This document shows, piece by piece, positions 25,601-28,713 of a DNA stretch of 28,713 nucleotides. The notes beneath the pieces are model-generated. The model made no database searches, was not told where the DNA came from, and saw only the letters and a program-made list of their open reading frames with translations. The position numbers were made by a program, and so were the translations under genes. Where the stretch lies: NCBI GenBank assembly GCA_964014485.1, contig CAXHAT010000093.1:1-28713 (forward strand), in the 5' to 3' direction. Within the stretch, counting starts at the first letter, position 1, and each line of letters opens with the position of its first letter. This DNA is from an uncultured Deferribacteres bacterium. Lineage in GTDB: Bacteria; Zhuqueibacterota; Zhuqueibacteria; Zhuqueibacterales; Geothermadaptataceae.

Positions 25601-27446
25601 ACGCGAGCGCAGCTTCTCCGATCCAATCGACGGAACGACCGACGATGATCTCTACCAAACGCTCAGTAGCGGGGGCAGCTTCGAATACTTGTTCGACGTG
25701 GCCAACGGCGATTACAACGTCACACTGCACTTTATGGAGCCGCAGTTCAGCTCGGGCGGCGAACGCACTTTCGACGTCACGGTTGAAGGCACGATTGTTT
25801 TGGACGATCTGGACGTCGCAGCGGAATCCGGCGGCCAATTTACGGCCCACACTGAAAGCTTCAGTGCGAACGTTTCTGACGGCCAGCTAAACATCCAGTT
25901 TGACCGCGAAAGCCGCGTCGCCGTCGTTTCCGCCATTGAAGTCACAGGCGGCACGCCCCCGACTCCGGAACCGGACATCGACGTTTCACCGGCTTCGCTT
26001 GCTTTTGGCACGGTCAACACCGGCGCAACGAACGACATGGTCGTTTCTATCGACAACACCGGCGATGACGATCTTGAAGTCACCAGCCTCAGTTTCTCCG
26101 ACGGCTCGGTCGGCTTCTCTCTGGTTTCACCGCCGTCCACGCCGTTCACCATCGGGCCCAGCGATCCCGCCGTTGACGTAACCGTACGATTTGCGCCTTC
26201 AGTCGCCGGCGCGGTCAACGACGATCTCGTCATCGCCAGTAATGATCCCGATGAAAACCCCGTCAACGTCGGACTTTCCGGCACGGGTCAGACCCCGCCG
26301 CCGATGGAGCCGGACATTGACGTGACGCCAACTTCGCTGGATTTTGGCACGGTAACAACTGGCGCCGACAGCGATATGACCGTTTCCATTGACAACACCG
26401 GCACGGACGATCTCGAAGTGACGGGAATCAGTCTCTCGGACGGTTCGGCTGGATTCACCCTCGTCTCGCCGCCTTCCACACCGTTTACGCTCACACCGAG
26501 TGATCCTGCGGTGGAAGTGACTGTTCGGTTCGCACCGACGGTTGCAGGCGCAGCAACGGACGATCTCGAAATCACCAGCGACGATCCCGACGAAGGCACA
26601 GTGACCGTATCGCTTGACGGCGACGGTCAGGATCCGCCTTCCGGCGACGCTTTCCGCATCAATGTTGCCGGCGATGATTTCACCACCGGCAGTGGCGACC
26701 TTTTTGTCGCGGATAAAGCACACACTAGCGGCGATTTCGGCAATGACGGCGAAGGCAGGGAGCGCAGCTTTTCCGACCCGATTTCCGGAACTGACGACGA
26801 TGAACTTTACCAAACCCTGCGCAGCGGCGGCAGCTTCGAGTATCTGTTCGACGTGGCCAACGGCGATTACACTGTGACGCTTTACTTCATAGAGCCGCAA
26901 TTCAGTTCCGGCGGCAACCGCACATTTGACGTCACGGTGGAAGACGTACTCGAAATAGATGATCTGGATATTGCAGCTCAGGTCGGACAATGGGCGGCCT
27001 ATACTGAAACTTTGAATGTGACAGTATCGGACGGTCAATTGAATATCTTATTTGAGCGCGAAGCCCGTGTAGCCGTAGTTTCGGCCATCGAAGTGGTTGG
27101 CCCGGAGGGATTGGCCAAGCGCGGTATTGCTGAAGAGCATCTTCCGCTCCAAAGCGAAATTGTGCCGGATGAGTTCAAATTGTTCCAGAACCATCCCAAC
27201 CCGTTCAATCCGGAAACGCAAATTCGCTATGCCTTGAACAAGGACGGCCAGATTACGCTGCGCATTTACAACATGCTCGGCAAAGCGGTCAGAACTTTGG
27301 TCAACGAGCATAAAAACGCCGGCGCCTACCAGGTCATGTGGGACGCCCGCAATGACAACGGCGTGCGCGTGCCTTCAGGCGTGTATATCTACAAGCTCGA
27401 AGCGCCAGGCGTGTTCCAGGTTAGAAAGATGATTCTGTTGCAGTAA
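22644..27446 (+). CDS. Secreted S8 (subtilisin-family) serine peptidase with 6 choice-of-anchor-D/ASH-type Ig-like repeats, 2 malectin-like domains and a FlgD-Ig/T9SS-type C-terminal domain
   Basis: Signal peptide and propeptide; catalytic triad AVLDTG, HGHGTHVSG and SGTSMATP; oxyanion AAGND; repeats PDIDVSP..L.FG.V...SDDPDENP.V.L.G.G; RINVAG...DD.LYQT...Y.V.L.F.EP....G.R.FDV; tail QNHPNPFNPET.I.Y...SGVYIYKL...RKMILLQ; AGGAG RBS. Confidence 0.95.
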   Translation: MQRRWMSVFAGICVMLAFAAPPVFSQQADVRPDHLRRPQEQNNATFVNYASDRFVIKVKENLRESLKSFLGQEMGAIGRSDFDALCELYNIRKIRRQFPWRNNVVRYKGREIDLQGWHIFNFESDVDVLEVVNAFQGLQDVIEVQPIGLHAIDIQTPNDPKYTDGSQWHIDKIQLREAWDIHTGSSSIILAVLDTGVRYYHDDLGGSGAVQDDLFSTGGNMWKNPGESDNGSDDDGNGLIDDEIGYDFIESGAIAFCTDADCGTIDNNPKDDHGHGTHVSGIAAAITDNGIHGAGAAGGGFGNGNGIRIMALRNGGNSFLGGLVDMAASAQGIDYAASKGAKLANGSWGSSDTGGLGDALAAYLAGDRLFFKAAGNDNASAGDFIIDYPDARVVVIGSTDENDNRSSFSSFGGAVDVAAPGTNINSTWSAGYGGSDATATISGTSMATPLAAGVAGLIWSQNPGWSAHQVRDQLVNTADPITFDQPMGSGRINAFQALGGTPVMEPDIDVSPSSLTFGNVNTGSSSDLVVSIDNTGTDDLEVTSLSFSDGSAGFSLVSPPSTPFTIGPSDPAVDVTVRFAPTADGAASDDLVIASDDPDENPVNVGLSGTGVTPVPDIDVSPSSLTFGNVNTGSSSDMVVSIENTGDADLEITSLSLSDGSAGFSLVSPPSTPFTIGPSDPAVDVTVRFAPTVDGAANDDLVIASDDPDENPVNVALSGTGVTATPNIDVSPNSLDFGLVNTGATSDMTVSIENTGDADLEITGFSFADGSVGFSLVSPPSTPFTIGPSDPAVDVTVRFAPTVVGVADDDLEIASDDPDENPFVVSLTGEGQTPPPMEPDIDVTPTSLSFGTVNTGSSSDMVVSIENTGNDDLEVTGLSLSDGSAGFSLVSPPSTPFTIGPSDPAVDVTVRFAPTAVGAANDVLVIASDDPDENPVNVNLDGTGQDTPAYAARINVAGPDFTTGGGDLFVADKAHTSGDFGNDGNGRERSFSDPIDGTTDDDLYQTLSSGGSFEYLFDVANGDYNVTLHFMEPQFSSGGERTFDVTVEGTIVLDDLDVAAESGGQFTAHTESFSANVSDGQLNIQFDRESRVAVVSAIEVTGGTPPTPEPDIDVSPASLAFGTVNTGATNDMVVSIDNTGDDDLEVTSLSFSDGSVGFSLVSPPSTPFTIGPSDPAVDVTVRFAPSVAGAVNDDLVIASNDPDENPVNVGLSGTGQTPPPMEPDIDVTPTSLDFGTVTTGADSDMTVSIDNTGTDDLEVTGISLSDGSAGFTLVSPPSTPFTLTPSDPAVEVTVRFAPTVAGAATDDLEITSDDPDEGTVTVSLDGDGQDPPSGDAFRINVAGDDFTTGSGDLFVADKAHTSGDFGNDGEGRERSFSDPISGTDDDELYQTLRSGGSFEYLFDVANGDYTVTLYFIEPQFSSGGNRTFDVTVEDVLEIDDLDIAAQVGQWAAYTETLNVTVSDGQLNILFEREARVAVVSAIEVVGPEGLAKRGIAEEHLPLQSEIVPDEFKLFQNHPNPFNPETQIRYALNKDGQITLRIYNMLGKAVRTLVNEHKNAGAYQVMWDARNDNGVRVPSGVYIYKLEAPGVFQVRKMILLQ
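24159..27100 (+). repeat. Intragenic tandem domain repeats of the S8 protease
   Basis: Ig-like units start at about 24159, 24489, 24819, 25158, 25971 and 26310 (330/339-bp spacing); malectin units at about 25491-25945 and 26650-27100. Confidence 0.92.
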
Positions 27447-27502
27447 AAGTTGGCGGTAGGGAGTTGTCCCAAAAGATGGTCTTTGAATGACAGACAGACC
27501 GC

Positions 27503-27530
27503 GTAGGGGTTCAAGATTTTGAACCCCTAC
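27503..27530. repeat. GTAG-type REP palindrome inside a short outer inverted repeat
   Basis: GTAGGGGTTCAA-GATT-TTGAACCCCTAC is a perfect 12-bp IR; flanked by TGTCCCAAAAGA (27465-27476) and TCTTTTGGGTCA (27540-27551). Confidence 0.8.
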
Positions 27531-27585
27531 AACATGTAGTCTTTTGGGTCAGTATTCTGTAAGTCTTCGGATGAAGCGTTTCAAC

Positions 27586-27618
27586 AAAAAAAGCCGGTTC
27601 TTATAACCGGCTTTTTTT
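27586..27618. terminator. Bidirectional intrinsic terminator between convergent genes
   Basis: A7-GCCGGTT-CTTAT-AACCGGC-T7. Confidence 0.92.
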
Positions 27619-27649
27619 ATTTCTCAAAAATTTTCAATGGGATCCGGGG

Positions 27650-28297
27650 TCATTTCGGGAAGGCGTTCGGCATGTAACCGTTGTTGTGGATGATCTTGTT
27701 GATGTCTTTGTTGATTTTGACCCGCTCGATGATCTTTTGGATAACGCGCACACCTTTTTCCAAGCGTTCGCCGAGATAACGCGTTTCCAAAAATCGCTGT
27801 TTTTCCTGAGGAGAAAATGCGTCGTGAAAAGCGGTTAGAAAAGAGAGCGACCTTGCATCGAGAAGCTCGATACGGCGAAAGTCGGGATTCTGGCTGTGCA
27901 TTTTGAACAGCTTCTTCAACAACGTCTTAAGTTCCTGAGCCAATTCAGCGATGCGTTCGTTATCCGCTTCAAATTCATCATCAAAATAAGTGATCGTAGC
28001 TTCAAAGTACGCTTTTTGATCGTGCAGTTTTTCCACTTCGAATCGTCTTTGCCCGAGGGTAATAATATCCAGGCGTCCGTCGCCATATTCTTTGGCGATC
28101 TTCGTGATCCGCACAGTGCACCCCGCCGCCGCCATATTTGAACCGTCATAGTAGATGACGCCGAAATCTTCTTCGTTTTTACGACAGCGAGCGATCATCT
28201 GCTTGTAGCGTTCTTCAAAAATATGTAGCGGCGCCGCCATGCCGGGGAGCACGACAATGCCAAGCGGGAAAAGCGGGATTCGGTCGGTTTCAATCAC
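27650..28297 (-). CDS. Stand-alone LON peptidase substrate-binding (N-terminal) domain protein
   Basis: IPLFPLGIVVLPG..APLHIFEERYKQMI, GCTVRI, YGDGRLDIITLGQRRF and EKQRFLE....ERL; GTG start at 28297 with GAGGAGG RBS at 28304-28310. Confidence 0.9.
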   Translation of the reverse strand: MIETDRIPLFPLGIVVLPGMAAPLHIFEERYKQMIARCRKNEEDFGVIYYDGSNMAAAGCTVRITKIAKEYGDGRLDIITLGQRRFEVEKLHDQKAYFEATITYFDDEFEADNERIAELAQELKTLLKKLFKMHSQNPDFRRIELLDARSLSFLTAFHDAFSPQEKQRFLETRYLGERLEKGVRVIQKIIERVKINKDINKIIHNNGYMPNAFPK

Positions 28298-28352
28298 AAA
28301 GAGCCTCCTCAACCTTATTGGGCGAAAGGAATTTGAAAAAAATTTGTTAATA

Positions 28353-28579
28353 ACTGATGTTACGTGCGCGATCAAAGCCCGCGGGCAATTTTTGATTCTC
28401 ATTAGCTCCGCTCTTCAGAGCGGAGATTTTTGAAGACGGCCATCTCCTCCCTTCCGCCGCGCTGGCGCGGCGGAAGGGAGGAAAATGGGCGCTTTGCGCG
28501 TCACCGGGCTGAAGCCCGGCGCTAATGAGATGAGATTTACTCCAAGCTCAGGATCTGCGTTGCCGTGCATAACATCAGT
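28353..28579. mobile_element. MITE-like element with nested palindromes and an apparent target-site duplication
   Basis: Ends ACTGATGTTA / TAACATCAGT; TAATA on both sides (28348-28352 and 28580-28584); internal inverted 30-mers at 28397-28426 / 28501-28530; central perfect 18-bp IR at 28445-28482. Confidence 0.72.
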
Positions 28580-28584
28580 TAATA

Positions 28585-28713
28585 GCTGATGTTACGCATT
28601 CTCGAAAATTTTCCAAGAAGCACCTGGGAAATGTCACTTTTACGTCATTCCCGCGCAGCAGGCTGTTGCAGAATAGCGTTTTCGTGCTGGCGGCGCAGGC
28701 TTGATTTTCTAAT
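28585..28713. mobile_element. Possible left end of a second element of the same family, running off the window
   Basis: GCTGATGTTACG at 28585 repeats the left end seen at 28353; followed by a half REP CGTCATTCCCGCGCAG (28643-28658) and CAGGCTGTTGCAGAA (28659-28673). Confidence 0.45.

Noticed and set aside
24128..27038. Long antisense ORFs (451, 288, 190 and 279 aa) over the S8 repeats
   Set aside because: They are shadow frames of a repetitive, codon-biased gene and merely mirror its repeat period.
28298..28402. N-terminal 35-aa extension of the Lon-N ORF
   Set aside because: It runs through the RBS and the MITE-like element; the GTG at 28297 with GAGGAGG fits the domain start.

Overview
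Bacterial chromosomal segment of moderate-to-high GC, probably from an FCB-group lineage such as candidate division KSB1 or Calditrichota (inferred from a C-terminal 'QNHPNPFNP...RKMILL' FlgD/T9SS-like tail and a DUF2723 protein). The left half is a minus-strand run: valS, a small accessory islet (hicA-hicB plus an orphan ORF, a decayed duplicate of the valS 3' end, a 70-aa ORF and a DUF4145 gene), a DUF4139 gene, recG, an AT-rich lipoprotein gene, a DUF2723/TMEM260-like glycosyltransferase, a HAD hydrolase and a YafY-type WYL regulator converging on a partial D-aminoacylase. The right half is a plus-strand run: VOC protein, DinB-family protein, two tandem M28 (GCPII-like) peptidases and a 1600-aa S8 protease with six Ig-like repeats and two malectin domains, then a convergent Lon N-domain gene. 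No rRNA, tRNA, CRISPR array, integrase or transposase is recognisable. The most unusual signals are non-coding: (i) a 142-bp duplication of the valS 3' end bracketing the toxin-antitoxin islet; (ii) single genes bracketed by inward-facing arrays of degenerate 8-mers (TGGAnTnn ... nnAnTCCA), plus gene-less pairs of other short-unit arrays; (iii) several nested palindromic REP/MITE-like elements with compensatory stem changes. All family calls come from motif recognition by eye; no database search was run.
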